Assembly (NCBI GenBank): GCA_001244265.2
Contig: CDLV01000004.1
Location: 3,596,001 to 3,660,000 of the forward strand
Length of the DNA stretch: 64,000 bases
Source of the DNA: Microbotryum violaceum
Lineage: Eukaryota
Direction of reading: 5' to 3'
Shown here: in pieces, positions 43,745-56,590 of the stretch
Layout of the letters: the number at the start of each line of letters is the position of its first letter
How positions within the stretch are numbered: the first letter of the stretch is position 1
Made by a program: the position numbers and the translations under genes
The notes under the pieces: generated by a model
Told to the model about the DNA's origin: nothing
Seen by the model: only the letters and a program-made list of their open reading frames with translations
Database searches by the model: none

Positions 43745-45395
43745 TGTAAGGCGCCGCTCCGCTTACGCCTCACGACGACCTCGAGCCGACCTCTGCGGCC
43801 TCACGCTTGCCCTCGCGCGCGGCGCCGCCGCGTCTCTTGACCTCAGTCCTTTTAGTAGTCTTTCTTCGCCTGCGAATACACCGCTTGATCCTTTCTGTTC
43901 GGACTCGGAACCAGTGAGGCTCGAGAGCGATCTCGTGCCTTTCACTTTTTTTTTTTGAAACTGACAACTCGGCTGTACGACTCCGTCACCACCCGACGTT
44001 AAAGCCCAACCTTCGCAACCGCCCCGGCAACGCATGGTGCAGACCCGCTCAGCCGCTGCGAAGGAAAAAAAAAAAAACGAACCAGAACCCGGAACCACCA
44101 GAACCCAGAACCCAGAACCACCAGAACCAGAACCCCGCCCGGCCCCTGCCCCCGCCCAGCCCCGCTCCGCCCAGCCCCGCAACACGGCCTCGAGCACCGT
44201 GCCCGCCACAGAACCCCGAATCGAACCGGAACAGAACAGGAGAATGTCGTTCGACTCCCGCGATACACCCCTGCACATGGAGACCCCGGCACGAAGAGTC
44301 AAGCTCGATATGCCGTTGTTGAAGGCGGGTTCCAAGTCGAGGGACGTGGCGCGCTGGCTGGCAGGGTGCGAAGATGCGGTCGAATCGGCCGAATGGAACT
44401 ACGGCAAGATTGCGACCGTACACCTCATTCGTGAGGCCGGCAGCCGGATGGAGGGGGAAGGAGGGGACTGGTACATTGATTCTCGCGACAAGTTGAGGCG
44501 CTCAAAACGTGGGACGACTTTGCAGCGAAAGTGAAGGCGCGATTCGTCAGCGAGAAGACCGGCTTGGCGGCGGAGCACGCCTTTTTCAACGCGCAACAGA
44601 GCGGGACGTTCAACGAATTCATTGCACTATTGACGCAAGAGCGCAGCCAAGCTGGATTGGCCTCCGACGGCACCCAAGTCATCCCCGATGAACTGTTCAA
44701 GCGCCAACTGCTCCACCGATGCGACGAGCTCCTGTATCTCCGCGCGACCGCCTCCCCCTCGTTTGCGCTTGACAAGTTTTCCGTCAATGCACTTGTGGCA
44801 TATCTCCAGACGATGTGGGACGCTATCACCTTGGAGCGAGCAACAACAGGCATGCGGAGGCTCAACTTACGTCACGAACGCGGTGAACCAACTCAGGCTG
44901 TGGGGCCTCGCACACCAAGGTTGGAAGGTGCAGCAAAGGAGAAGGCAATGTTCGAAGGCCGCTGTTTCGTTTGCGACACGGTAGGCCACATCTCTTCAAA
45001 CTGCCCTTCCAAGCCCAACACTGCATCCCCTCGTCGCGATCCCCCGGGATCTACCCCGGGCCTCGAATGGTAGCCGCAATCCGAGCGTACGAGGACATCG
45101 GTAATTCAACCGCCTTTGTAGGCATCTCAAGCGATTCAGAAGACGACGACGAACGATTGTTTGCGTCAGAACCCGGATAAGGGAATTGATTCAAGGAGGG
45201 GTGAGTGTAAGGCGCCGCTCCGTTTAGGGCCTCACGACAACCTCAGCGGCCGAAGCCTTACTTGCGCGCGGCGCCACGGGCGCCTCTTGACCTTAGTCCT
45301 TTTAGTAGTCTTTCTTCGCCTGCGATTTACACCGTTTGATCCTTTCTGTTCGGACTCGGAATCAGTGAGGCTCGAGAGCGATCTCGTGCCTTTCA
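43745..45395 (+). mobile_element. Gag-only LTR retroelement (LTRs 43745-43944 and 45206-45395), no pol
   Basis: TG...CA LTRs of the same family as the solo LTR at 6885. PPT AAGGAGGGGTGAG at 45193-45205. The interior is gag only. Flanks ATAGG and TGAGC do not match. Confidence 0.88.
44034..45073 (+). pseudogene. Retrotransposon Gag with CCHC zinc knuckle, one frameshift near 44500
   Basis: ORFs 44034-44534 and 44531-45073; knuckle GRCFVCDTVGHISSNC. Confidence 0.8.
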
Positions 45396-48377
45396 TGAGC
45401 TTCAGCTCAACATCACCATTCAGTGTGACACAGACGCGACACATACTTTGTAAAAAATGTCTAGTCCGTTGGCATACTTGTTCCAAGGCTCGGTAATCTC
45501 AAATATCCGAAGATTTTGAGGAGCTCCCAGTCGTACCTTGCTTGAGAGATATCTATCTGTATAGCGCTCGTTCGCTGGGTGTATGGACATACAATACAGC
45601 GATTCGAGTACCCTGACGTTCCGCTGGCCAGTCATGGCGAAGCTTGCGATCGGTTTGCAGCCGGCTTTGCATATGCTGTATTGCCGGCGTATTGTTTTGC
45701 AGCAAGTTCCGTGGCGACCACTTGACGGGCTCCAAACGCAGAGTCCCGCGCTCGACTTGATAGGGCTCGATCAAAAAGCGCATTTGCGCTGTTGGCGACT
45801 AAACAACAGGCACGATGCCGAATGTTTCGGTGGATGGGGTGTAAAGCAGCGGGTTGACTATATCTGACACGGTGGTTGAGTGCCGTGGGAAAAATGCCGA
45901 GGTTTTGCGCCTCAGACGATGTAATTCCACAGTGAGCCAGAGGTCGTAGTGCCCCACGAATGGTTTTCCGGTACGATTGAACGTCCCAACCTGCGAATAC
46001 AAGGGAGAATGGGTGAGAATGGTTGCCGCTTCTTCAAATTGCGATGGTGGAGTTGGACTGACCGTGAGATTGTGCACTAGCACATAGTCAGCTGTGCATG
46101 CATTGACATGGCACGGAGAAACACCAGACTTTGGAAACCGTTGGTGAAGGTTCCGATGGATGCCTCCTTCGAGACTGTTGGTGTCGCGCTGGCAGGAATA
46201 TAAACGGACACCGTCATCCGCCTTTCCATCTGGCCCTCCGCAAGGCCCAAGGTCGGTGTACAGCTCGATACCAACTGGATCCGATACTTGGCCTTTCCGA
46301 ATCGCCTCAAGACATCTCTTCGCTGCCTCGTGCGCCGCTTTGTTGAAAAGAGGTTGCTTCGACTTCGCATCGACCGAGCTTCTCAAAGACCTCCCGGACC
46401 AAAGGCTCGAGAATGCCTGGCGGAGGGATCCATCGACGAACGCGTCTCCAAAGCTTCTTATTCCATACCGGCGAACGGACCGCTTCTTCCCACATCATTC
46501 CGAGTTTTGCTAGGCAAGCCTCCATCAGGAGTCGATCATCCGCATTCGGGATGAAAACCGCATCGGAGAACGCGCGAGCAAAGGCTTTGGCAGCGCCATG
46601 TTTTTTGGACACATAGATCCGGTCAAAGAAATGCCAGAGATCGATTAGAATTTGCACAGCGGTATCGTCTGAGGAAGGGACTAGTGAAAGGGGGTAGTTT
46701 GAGATACATACATCAGCTCCAGCCCCGGCGCCAGGACTGGCGCAAGTCCGTAGTAACTGACCTTTGCTTGTTGCAGCCTTGCCTCAGATAGCTTTGCCAG
46801 CTGCTTCATTTTGTCATCCGTGTTATTGGCGCTTCGTTTCCGAATGAAGCGTGAAAGTAGTTGCATCTTAGGATATGGCACATTGCAGCATGAAGCTAAG
46901 GGGATGGCCGCGTGCCGCGCGCCTGATTGCGCCAACCTCAGTGCGCCAACTCAGTGCGCCAACGCGCGCGGTGCGCTAACTCAAGTGCGCTAACTCGGGC
47001 GCTCGACTACGGGCCGCCGTTTGGGCAACAAATGGATTTGCGCGCCCGGGGCTACTTGCGCGTTACAATTCGTTTGTACGCGCGCCGAAAATCGTGCAAT
47101 TGCGCGCCAAAGGGCCTTCATACGCGCGTCATTCACTCTTGGACGCACTTTTGGTCTCTAACGCGCTCGGGAACCTGCGGAGTTGCGCGCTTTCCAGGAA
47201 AAACATCTGTTCCTGGCCCCTATTGGCGGTCGCGCGCTTTTCACTCACTGTTAGACTCGCTCGCCCCGCCGTATCCGCGCACGGATGGGGCATTACACAC
47301 GCTACAGCGCGCTCATGCGCGCGCGACCTACTCAATCTACGCGCTTTTTGGGATTTTTCCAAAAATAAAAAATAAATCCAAAAAATGATTTTGATTTTTT
47401 CAATTTTCATAGCTAAATTCCGAACCCCGCACTCCCCGCTCTTTACGATTTGCGCGCCTCGGAAGCTGCTTACACGCGCTCCCAAAACAGTTCTCACGCT
47501 CGCAGAATCGCAGATGCGCGCGACCGGAAACGCTCACACGCTCGCGGCTTTTTCTACTTGCGCGGGAACCAACACCACTCGGAGGAGGTTTGCCTTTTTA
47601 CTCCGCGGTATGGAACTCATTTTCATGGCAGGAGGACGTTTGCTCCAAATGCTAAGCTTTATGTAGCTGCAACATTGCTATGGTGTATTGGGTTGGTGGT
47701 GTGGCTGTTGAAAGCGTTCAAGCTTTCGAGGCTCAGGGCTGGGCACTCCGAGAGTCGGGCTCCATTGAGTTCCAGAGAACTAGTAGGGCTCGTTCCAGAT
47801 AATTATTTGTCGGGGTGGGCCGACAAATCCTGCGCCGGTGCTCCCAGCCAAGAGTCTTGGTATGCAGCAGCAGAATCGTGTATCGAACATCGGCACTGGA
47901 AGAATCTCTGCATCTGCTCCAGCCTGCATTAGGAGGGCTAAAAGAGCTCCCAGCTTGCAACGTCGTGAACCCTTGGCGGCCAACTCCCTCTCCCAAGTCG
48001 GAATGATGCCATCTACTTTTCTCATGATAGCAGTTGAAGGCTGTTGAGTGAAATAGAGTCGTTATGAAAGCGGGGAATAACTGGACAAGGTTGACGTGGG
48101 GGCGGTGTGTGTGTGGAAGGCGGCCGCGCGAGTCCGCGCGAGTGTCGCGCGTGAGCTCGCGTGTGTCGCGCATGAACGAGGCTAGACGAGTCGCGGGCGC
48201 GCAGAAGCGTTCGGCGGGGCGCGCATATCCATATTTCCGGGCGCGCGGAGGCCCCGGGCGCGCAAATCCATTTGTCGCCCAAACGGCGGCCCATACTCGA
48301 CTGCGCCAACTCACGTGCGCTAACTCAATTGCGCCAACTCAATTTGGCGCGCGCGAGTTAGCGCAAGCGCACCCCCC
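45396..48377 (-). mobile_element. MULE-like (NOF/Foldback-type) DNA transposon remnant: transposase C-terminal half plus a repeat-rich terminus
   Basis: IDLWHFFDRI (DxxH), RRWIPPP, GQVSDP and YSCQRDTNSLEGGIH (candidate catalytic Glu). The terminus starts GGGGGG at 48377 with tandem TGCGC(C/T)AACTCA repeats at 46928-46996 and 48302-48365. Superfamily assignment is from memory of the motifs. Confidence 0.55.
47008..48295. mobile_element. Non-autonomous TIR element (1288 bp) nested in the MULE-like terminus
   Basis: 42-bp inverted repeat with one mismatch (47011-47052 vs 48251-48292), extendable to TAC/ATA. CTCGAC sits on both sides (47002-47007, 48296-48301). Confidence 0.85.
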
Positions 48378-48585
48378 AGCACCGGTACGGTCCTAGTCCT
48401 GCCGAGTCCTGCTTAGTCCCGATAGCGCGAGTGGCGCACGGTGGCGCAAGGCCCAGCTGGAGCAGTCGCGCGGGCTTCGCAGCCAGTCGCAGCCTGTCAC
48501 AGCCGTAGCACCAGGTCCAGCTGAGCTTCGGCGCTCGGGCTTGGGTCCCTACCCGCCCGTACCCTTCACTTTTCACGTCGGCACA

Positions 48586-49865
48586 ATGTCGACAACGCAA
48601 CCTGCAACCAAGAAACACAGAAAGGCCAAGTCTCAAACTACTCCGCAGGCAACGGGGGAGCCGTCGCAGCCCATCGCATCGACCTCCACTTCCGCCTCCG
48701 CCCCTGTCGACGATCCCCGATTCGCAGGCCTGTGCCCCGCTGAAGACGACGACGAAGACAGAGACCCCAGCAATAACCTCACACCCCGTTCCCCCTCCCC
48801 CAACTCTTTCCCGAAACAAGCCCTCCTCCCCTCGCATCTCCTCCCTAAATCCGCCTCCGATTCGAATCGTCCCAGCCCAGGCTTGATCTACCTCTCGCGT
48901 ATACCCCCGGGCATGGGGCCCAGTAAAGTCAAGCACGTGTTGAGCAATTATGGGAACGTAGGCAGAACTTATTTGGTCAAGATTGGTCAGTTGTCGAGGA
49001 GGATTTTTTGACTCTCCAGCAAGTACGGGAGAGGGGCAAAGGAAGAAGATTCTGAATCGTCAATCAATCCGAATGCGAGCGTAGATTCTCAACAAGCCCA
49101 ACCTTCTTCATCAAAGAAACGCCAAAACAAACATGGTAACGGCCACAAGAAGCATCAATCGCATCGCTTCAAAGAAGGTTGGGTCGAGTTTGAGGACAAG
49201 CGGGTCGCTCGATCCGTCGCCGAGATGTTGAATGCCAATACCATAGGTGCGTAACAAGTCACGGCGAGTCGAGTGTGGTACGTGCTTTGTTTTGACAATG
49301 GAATATTCGACGACGACTGCAGGAGGCAAGAAGGGGACGCCCTGGCGCGACGATGTGTGGACGATGAAGTACCTCCCCAGGTACAGGTGGGACATGTTGT
49401 CCGAACAAGTCGGTGCGTGCGCTCTCTTAGCCTACAAATCAGAGCCCCTTGCTCACCTCGCCACTCTCGATTTACTTCTCTTCAGCCCTCGAACGAGCAA
49501 CTCAAACATCACTTCTGCGCTTCCACCTACAACACTCCAAGACGGAACAAGAAGCCTACCTCGGCGCGGTCGAGAAGGCGCGCGTGGGCCAAAAGATCAA
49601 GGAGAAACGACAGATGCAGGGGACATTAGAGGAGAAGGAGGGAGTCGCCGGAAAGAAAAGGAAAGGAGAGGGCGAGGGGGACGTTTCATCTGGATCTGGA
49701 CCTGCATCTACGGTGGGGGAAGGGGAGGAGGGACGCAAGCGGTTGTATCGACAACGCCAGCTCGTTGACATCGCGGACAAGGTCAAGGGTCACAGCAAGG
49801 GGGTTGGGCAAGGTGGCAAGGGGACCCAGGGTGACTTGGACGATGTGTTGAACAAGCTTTTCTGA
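48586..49865 (+). CDS. ESF2: Pre-rRNA-processing protein Esf2/ABT1 (RRM), 4 exons: 48586-48985, 49085-49246, 49323-49412, 49486-49865
   Basis: [64 protein letters not shown] introns. Confidence 0.92.
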
Positions 49866-50318
49866 GCCCCACGGTGGGAGGAGAGGTGTGTACGGCTCCT
49901 CGAGGGTCCCGAAGCCTTGGCCCAACTTTTCCTGATTCCCTTTCAAGAACCACCCCTTTTCTTCTGTCGTTTTTTGTCCTCTGCGGTGTCTGGAATGGTG
50001 AATTGGCAAATGCGCATTGGCTTCGATTCGTTTGCGGACGGGACGACGAGGGCTATCAAGATGAACCAAAAAGATGTCCAAGAATGTACCGAAGAAGAGA
50101 TGTGCCAGAAGTCGTCGGGTAACAGGAGCAAGGGCCGCGAGAGTTCGAACCTGAGGAAGAAGTTGAGAAAGCCTAGTCGAGCGCCATCCATCCATTCGCG
50201 GCTCAACTCCGAGAGCGACCCTCCTGTTGGGGTGACCTTGCTAAGGTGGGGTAGGTAGTCAAATTGGAGACGAAAATAAGAGGTGATTGATAGGTTCGAA
50301 AGGTATGGTACGGGACAC

Positions 50319-51111
50319 TTAGGATGTGGTCGGGCGAGCGAACGGCGCTTCCGCGGGGCGACGCGCGCGACACCGACAAGGAAGCGCTAAGGCGTATAAG
50401 GCGTGTTGGAAAGGGATGCGCGAGCAGTGATGTCTATAAGTGGCCATGGCAGCTGCACAGGAAACAAAGCCAGGCAGCGAGTAAGTACAAATCATTGTGG
50501 CTCCTCCCCTGATGCAGGAAATGCTGAAATTACGAACATACTTCGAGCTTGACTCGAGCGAAGGGTACGGATCCGTTGTTGACGGCATCAGTGGCGAGCT
50601 CGGCACCCAGTAGCTATTAGTGTTCGATTTGGAGGGATTCTGCTGGTTGTCCAACCCCTCGGTGTAGGATCGGAAGCCTGCAGGAGAGATAGGTCTTCAG
50701 TAGGTATAATAAGCTTTTGTTACCCGCGAAAGATATCTACTGACCTGGCATCGACATGTCCAGACCCGCAAGCGCACTGCTGACGCCGCTCGTCTGTGCC
50801 GACCTTCCGAGACGACGAAGCCATGGAACGCCAGGTCTTGCTTGGCGAGCTTGTTCATCAGGTACGACCCAAGCGTGCGTCTGGTTGATACGGTTATACG
50901 AGCACATGATCGATCCTACACTGGCCCGGATTGATTCGGAGAAAGGGTGGTTCTGAGGGCACATCGATGAATCAGAAAAGGACACCGGTCAGCTTTGACT
51001 ATTTGAAGCGCTCGAGAGACTTGCAGTGAAGCAGACTCACGTATACTTCGTGCATGACTCGATCATCGATCCCTGAAGCTCGTTAGAGTTGAAGGTTTCG
51101 TTTCGAAAGGT
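50319..51111 (-). pseudogene. GH3 beta-glucosidase internal fragment, frameshifted and truncated
   Basis: IDDRVMHEVY, PFSESIRASVGSIMCSYNRINQTHA, HGFVVS (nucleophile region damaged), SALAGLDMSMPG, AVNNGSVP. Cut at a G7 run at 51112. Confidence 0.8.
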
Positions 51112-51204
51112 GGGGGGGTCCCAGCCTCGAAAATGGTGCACGTCTCAGATTTTATTGGACGAAATGGCCGAAATACCCCGCACGTGGCTGTTTAAGTGCC
51201 ATAG

Positions 51205-51355
51205 GAGAGCCCGATTTCAGCGCCGATTGGTGCAAACAATGCTACCCCGGATAGGAGGACCCTGCCTAAGAGCGCAATAGGGGAGCCCGATTTCAGCGCC
51301 GATCGGTTAAAACAAGGCTCCCCCGGATAGGAGGACCCTGGCTAAGCGCGCCGAT
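51205..51355. repeat. Two diverged ~76-bp tandem units, probably subterminal repeats of an unidentified element starting at 51112
   Basis: gagcccgatttcagcgccgat...ccccggataggaggaccctg occurs twice. Confidence 0.7.
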
Positions 51356-51370
51356 CATCATTAATTTCAA

Positions 51371-54042
51371 CTAGGTTCGGCGGCGCGCCACCTCACATTG
51401 AAAATCAGCAGTTCTGTTACATTGTTGCAGATGGCTACGGTTCTACGCTGCTTTCATCTATGTTTTCGGGAGGTCTTGCAGGACTGGACAGAAGTTCCAA
51501 GCTTTGATCATCGGCAGCCCCACCTTGCCGTCGTTGCAACATGCCCTGAATACTGGAGTGTCCCGTCCTCCCCAGCGTTCAAAGTCCCAGTAGAAGGCGC
51601 TACACTTCCGACACAGAAGATCCTTTGCACCTAAGTCGTGTCGAGGGTAGGCTCCCGGCAGTGGACGCAGTGCAATCGGTGACTGTGCGGCGGGTGGATG
51701 TCGCCGTGCGCGAACTGAACGCGCTTCCGGAGGTTCCGGACTGTGAGGTCATCGCTGCGGGATAGAGTTGACAGCGGGCGTTGGCTGGGGTGGAGGCGAT
51801 TGATTGATAGAATCATTTTGCTGCCTTTCTCTGAGTCTCCGCAATTGTTGTGCCCTAGATCTTCTGGAAGTAGAATGATTCGTCGACGTTGATGCGGTAG
51901 AGGCAGGGTTCGGCGAAGAACTGTGTGGGACCGGACCGGAACGCTCTCGCTCGAGCCTTTCTCGTTGACGATGTCGTTGCTGGCCTTCAGACCTCCGAGG
52001 CGTCATGCAACTATCATTATTCTTGCTGTTGTCGATCTGTAGCGTCGCGGCAGTAGGTCGAGCACCATGTTGTTGATGTGATCCACGCCCAGTTTTGCTC
52101 GCTCTCGGAAGTATTCGACTTTTTCGCCTATCGACATATTGTCCAGTTCGAGCGCGGGACGGGATAAACGTGTCTGATCAACCCGGATCTGTTCCTCGTG
52201 GTCGCCGGCAGGAGAAGCTCACCTGGGAGCGCGATGAAGTCTTCTGGTTTGCTTGCCAAGCCGTCCCCAACTCCGAAGAAATCTGCAAAGCGCTGTGCCT
52301 TTGCCTGTTCCGTTTCGGTCATGCGGTCTGCAGCGGCCAGAAGCCAGAAGACGCATCGTTGGTCTGCGCTCGCACCGTGCCGTTGTTAGTATAGGGTCTA
52401 AAGGTCAGGCAAGGACTACTACTTACAGAGAGATCCCCGCAGAAGTCAGCATTCCATCAAGCAAGCGTCGACGATTTGTGCAGGCGATGACTTGGGAATA
52501 ACGGGAAGGGATATTGGGGAAACTTGTTCCTTGATGTTACAGTCCAACCGGTCAGTCAGTCATGCTGCCCTGCGCTTTGCTTTTGAAAGATTGGCACACA
52601 CCTGCCAACACGACGGTCACTCCAACGAACGGAGCCGTTGAGGATCTGCCACGGATGGTGAGCCGCAATTCACGGAACCTGTGTTTCTTTTTGCGTGATT
52701 CGTCCTTTAGAACTATCAGTATTCTTGCTGTTGTCCATCTGTAGCAATGTCAGTGAGGACTCACATTTAGTGTCCCATGAACCCGGATTCTCAACCGTAC
52801 GAAGTCAATCCCTCCGCTGTTTCACTGACGTTCAATGTCTGTTTTTCCTATCAGGTTTTCCGTCATATCTAAGACTGCACAGCCATGTCACATGCAGTGC
52901 CACCAGCTGACGGTGAAGAAACGACTCGAGGATTGACATTCAAAGAGGACAAGTTGAGGGGAATTGCTGCTTGGTAGTCTGAACAATTCCACACCAAGAG
53001 CACAGTTCATGAGGTTACTTACTCTATGCTGCATGCGGCAGCCATTTCAAAAATGACCCGTATTCGTTGCAGAGCTTCCACGACGACCGCTTCAGATGTC
53101 GCGAGCTCGAGGTGGGGTTCGGATGAGGTGCGATGGGTCAGGGGTGAAGAGCAGGAGGGAGAAAGATGGGGAAGCCTGCGCCTCAGTTTAAACCGGGCTC
53201 ATAGAATGTCGCAGAAGGCCGCGGAACGTCGTGGAGTGAAGGCCCGTGACACGCTGGCGGGGCCCCTAACAGCGGCATTGGCGCACTGGCCGACGCTACC
53301 CGAGGTCTGGAACTGCTTCAAAGCGTGGAGGAACGAATCTCAAGCTTGGAGGTGAAGAACTGCGGGCCCGTTGCACTTGCCGTGCGACATTTGAGGCTGC
53401 CTGCTGCCGGTGCAGGTTGAATTGACGAACCAGTTTGCGCGACGTCGTCTTGATCGGTTTCGCGCTGCTGCTTCTCGCGAAGGCGTCGTTGCCGCTGAGC
53501 TTCGGCGATTGTTCGAGGTTGCTGGCGGCGATGTCTGTGCGATTGTAGCGGGAGGCGGGAGGAGGAGGATTGTGCGGAGGAGGAGGAACGCGAGCAGCTG
53601 CCGACGTCTCTGCTGCCCCGCTGCTCTCCGTGAAGATTGTTGTACAGCAGACCGGACGTGAAAGCTTGCAGATGACTCTTCGGCAGTGGCAGAACTGGAT
53701 GGTTGAAGGGACTACACTACGATGTGGCAAGCACGCAAAACCGGTCGTCTGGGAAGCAGAGAGGCATGTGCCAGGCTGCTTTGTTGGAAAATGGAACCTC
53801 GGCAAACGTGGGCGAAACGGCCCGTGGCTGGCGGACCCATTCTGAAACAGCGCTAGCTAGTTGGGACGCGGTGGACCGAGAGCCGTTGCAGTATACCGAA
53901 ATCGTTATGACGTCACGCCACGTGGTTCCCATTCTTTGACGTTCTTTGACGTTCTTTGTCTCCCGTTCTCTGACGTTCTTTGAAGTTCTTTAGCCACACA
54001 GTCCTTTTTAGTAGTTTAGTAGACAGTTTTAAGGATTAAGGA
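51371..54042 (-). mobile_element. Non-autonomous Helitron, same family as 30678-36112
   Basis: 5' end A|TC at 54042 and 3' end CTAG|T at 51371 with a collapsed hairpin. Shares helicase remnants (52040-52640) and the non-coding body with the other copies. Confidence 0.88.
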
Positions 54043-54070
54043 TGGTGAGTGGCCACGAGCCCAGTTGCTA

Positions 54071-55507
54071 CAGTCAAACCTGAGAAAATTTACATTTTCG
54101 GTGGACGGATTTTCCCATAAGCTTGGAGAGTTCAGCTTCAGATCAGTACATTATGACCTGAAACTCCGTTTTTAAGCTTCCTACATCAAATCAAGAATTT
54201 TCATGCATCGTTTGAGTCGATACATTGACTTTTGAGGGCGAGGAAATTCAGAAGGCCCGACCTGAATTGCAGCCAATAGAGGGCCTCTACCGAGGCATGA
54301 TGACATCTAGCAAGTTATGAAAACCCCAAGCAAAAATATCTTGACCTACTAAAGTCCCAACTTCGTGACTTTTTTGTGGACGCTTCAAAAACGAGAATTT
54401 TTGAAAAAGTGCGTCGGTCTGCCTCGATCGCGATCGAGCCTAGCCCAAATAGGAAGGCGCGCGGGTTTTTATAAAGTCTAAATTACAGAAATTGGAGCGC
54501 TCGAACGGTGGTTTGGGGTTTTTGAGGAGCCCTACTACTGACGCTGGAAATACGAAGTCATTGTTGTCTGAATCCTCGCGGCATCCTGGTCGGCAACAAG
54601 AGTCCTGCGAATCCTCCTAGCCTCGTCCTCAAAAGAAATCAAATCCGTTGGACCTGAGAGTACCCATTCATAGCAAACCTAAGGAAAACATCAAGCGCTG
54701 AGATTGCCTCCTCCAACGCCGTTCGCTCCGCCTGTCGGAGCTTTATCTCCGCTTCCTCCTCGCCTCCTTCTCCCTCGCAATTCTCCAACTTTGCGGCAAT
54801 GACCAGGTCCACAATCTCCTGATTGGTCATTTCAGCCCCACCAGCAAGGTTCTCCTCCTCCACATCGACGAAAAGGTGGATACTCATCTTCTCGTTGCTC
54901 GTAACTATCCCCCTTTCGACCAGCTCATTGTTCACCGTCTTTAGAGCGTTCATCGCGTTGATGATGCCGCGATCACCACCGAGAGGCCCGCGACCGTTCC
55001 GAAGAGGTGTATGGTCGGTCGATCCTTTGTTCTTGCGATCAGACAAGATTTGGGCGTGGCGTTAACAGTTGAATTCCGGGAAGGGAATGAGACCATGATG
55101 ATATGAAGAGGAATTTCTGATGAGGGCGTCTCGAATTGTGAAGATGTTCATTTCGGCGTCGTGGTTCGTTGTCGGCGGAAGAGGAGAGAGAAGCACGTCG
55201 CGACTAATAGCCTGTCAACGAGTCAACCGCCGCCTTTGCTCTACTGTGCTCGTTTCTCGGCTGTTTCGGGGCATTTCGGACTGTTCCAGCAAGCGGCTCG
55301 TCAACAAGAACGCCGAAGGAGAGGCCAATTCCTGATCTATCGCTCATTTCCGGCTCTCTCTTATCTTATAATTTGACCTGTAAACCCATAAATTATAAGG
55401 TATAAGATTGGACAGGTTCTGTCAGCCAAAAAAGTCGGGAGATTGAAAAGTCCATAAATTTTGCCAGGTATAAGATTGGGCGATATAAATTTTCTCAGGT
55501 TTGACTG
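54071..55507 (-). mobile_element. pogo/Tigger-type (Tc1/mariner) element, internally deleted
   Basis: Perfect 22-bp TIR CAGTCAAACCTGAGAAAATTTA with TA on both sides (54069-54070, 55508-55509). Residual transposase tail FVDVEEE...MTNQEIVDLV. Confidence 0.9.
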
Positions 55508-56352
55508 TACCTGCCGAGTCGGCCCACTCAGCGCACAGCTTGGGTGTCATCAGCCTTCCCGAGTCCCCGCGCCAGAGCGCACCACTAGCGCAGACAAGCG
55601 CAAGCTAGCGCGCTCAGGCTGGCCTCCGCTGGCAAGTTGCCACCGCCCGGCCCTCTCCTTTCCGTCTCTCTGTACTGCCTTGTTCTAACTTGGACCAAGT
55701 TTCCTCGCATCTCTAGGACAGGCTATCACAATCACACAATTGCCGTCATGTCACTGCCTTCTGATCTTGTACACCTCCGCACCATCGACGTCAGCCCACA
55801 ACTCTCAAATATTGACAACGTGATAAGCCTCGCGTCCACCACTAGCGACAGCCGTTCCTCTCGCCGCACCGATTAAGCACAGTATATCTACTCCGGTCCG
55901 CTCGTACGCAACTGTCCAGTGTCAGTGCTCGACGATGTGGCTGTCAAATGCAGTCCTGGGCAGCTCGTGTGCAGCAGCATCAACTTCAGCATGGATCTCC
56001 TGAAGGAGCTTTTTCGCCGGGCTCACCATGTGGAAGGATACTCCAGGAGGAATCCGCTTGCGAAAAAGCTATCCCTACAAGCGCTCCTTTGGTCGTGCGA
56101 TCCCCACTGTAATGCTTGTTCAAATGGGTATGTTTTCAGAAGGCTACAAGCGGCGAGTCCCTGACTCGGCCACGTCGTCATTACTTCTCCGACCACAGAG
56201 CATACGCATCAAAACCTGTTGACGTGCTTCGAGCCTGACTGAACGAGGAAGTCCAGAAGAATCGCGAGACCGTCTCAGCGACTGACTCTAAAGTAACGCT
56301 GCACAGACGTTCATCGCTGCCTCCCGAACCCGCACAAGAAGATCCCGGTAAA

Positions 56353-56590
56353 GTGACATCGCATTTTGCGCCAGCATCCGATCAGTTCAAGACCGAGAAC
56401 CGTTATGAATGGAATGATTACTTCACCGACGCTCGTTCCCGTCTCTTCTGCTGCCTGGTGTGTTCCGAGAGAGTCTTCGGGCATAACGTACGATCGGTGC
56501 CTGAAGATGACATCAGACGTGAGGAATCAGGGATTTGGAGGGGATTAACCAACTCTACACTACGGACGGACCTCCGACCCACGATTTTTG
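56353..56590 (+). pseudogene. Possible N-terminal fragment of a Helitron2/Helentron-type Rep-helicase
   Basis: HFAP...EW...CLVCSE resembles, from memory, the N-terminal Cys region of fungal Helitron proteins. Short and unsupported by other motifs. Confidence 0.3.
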
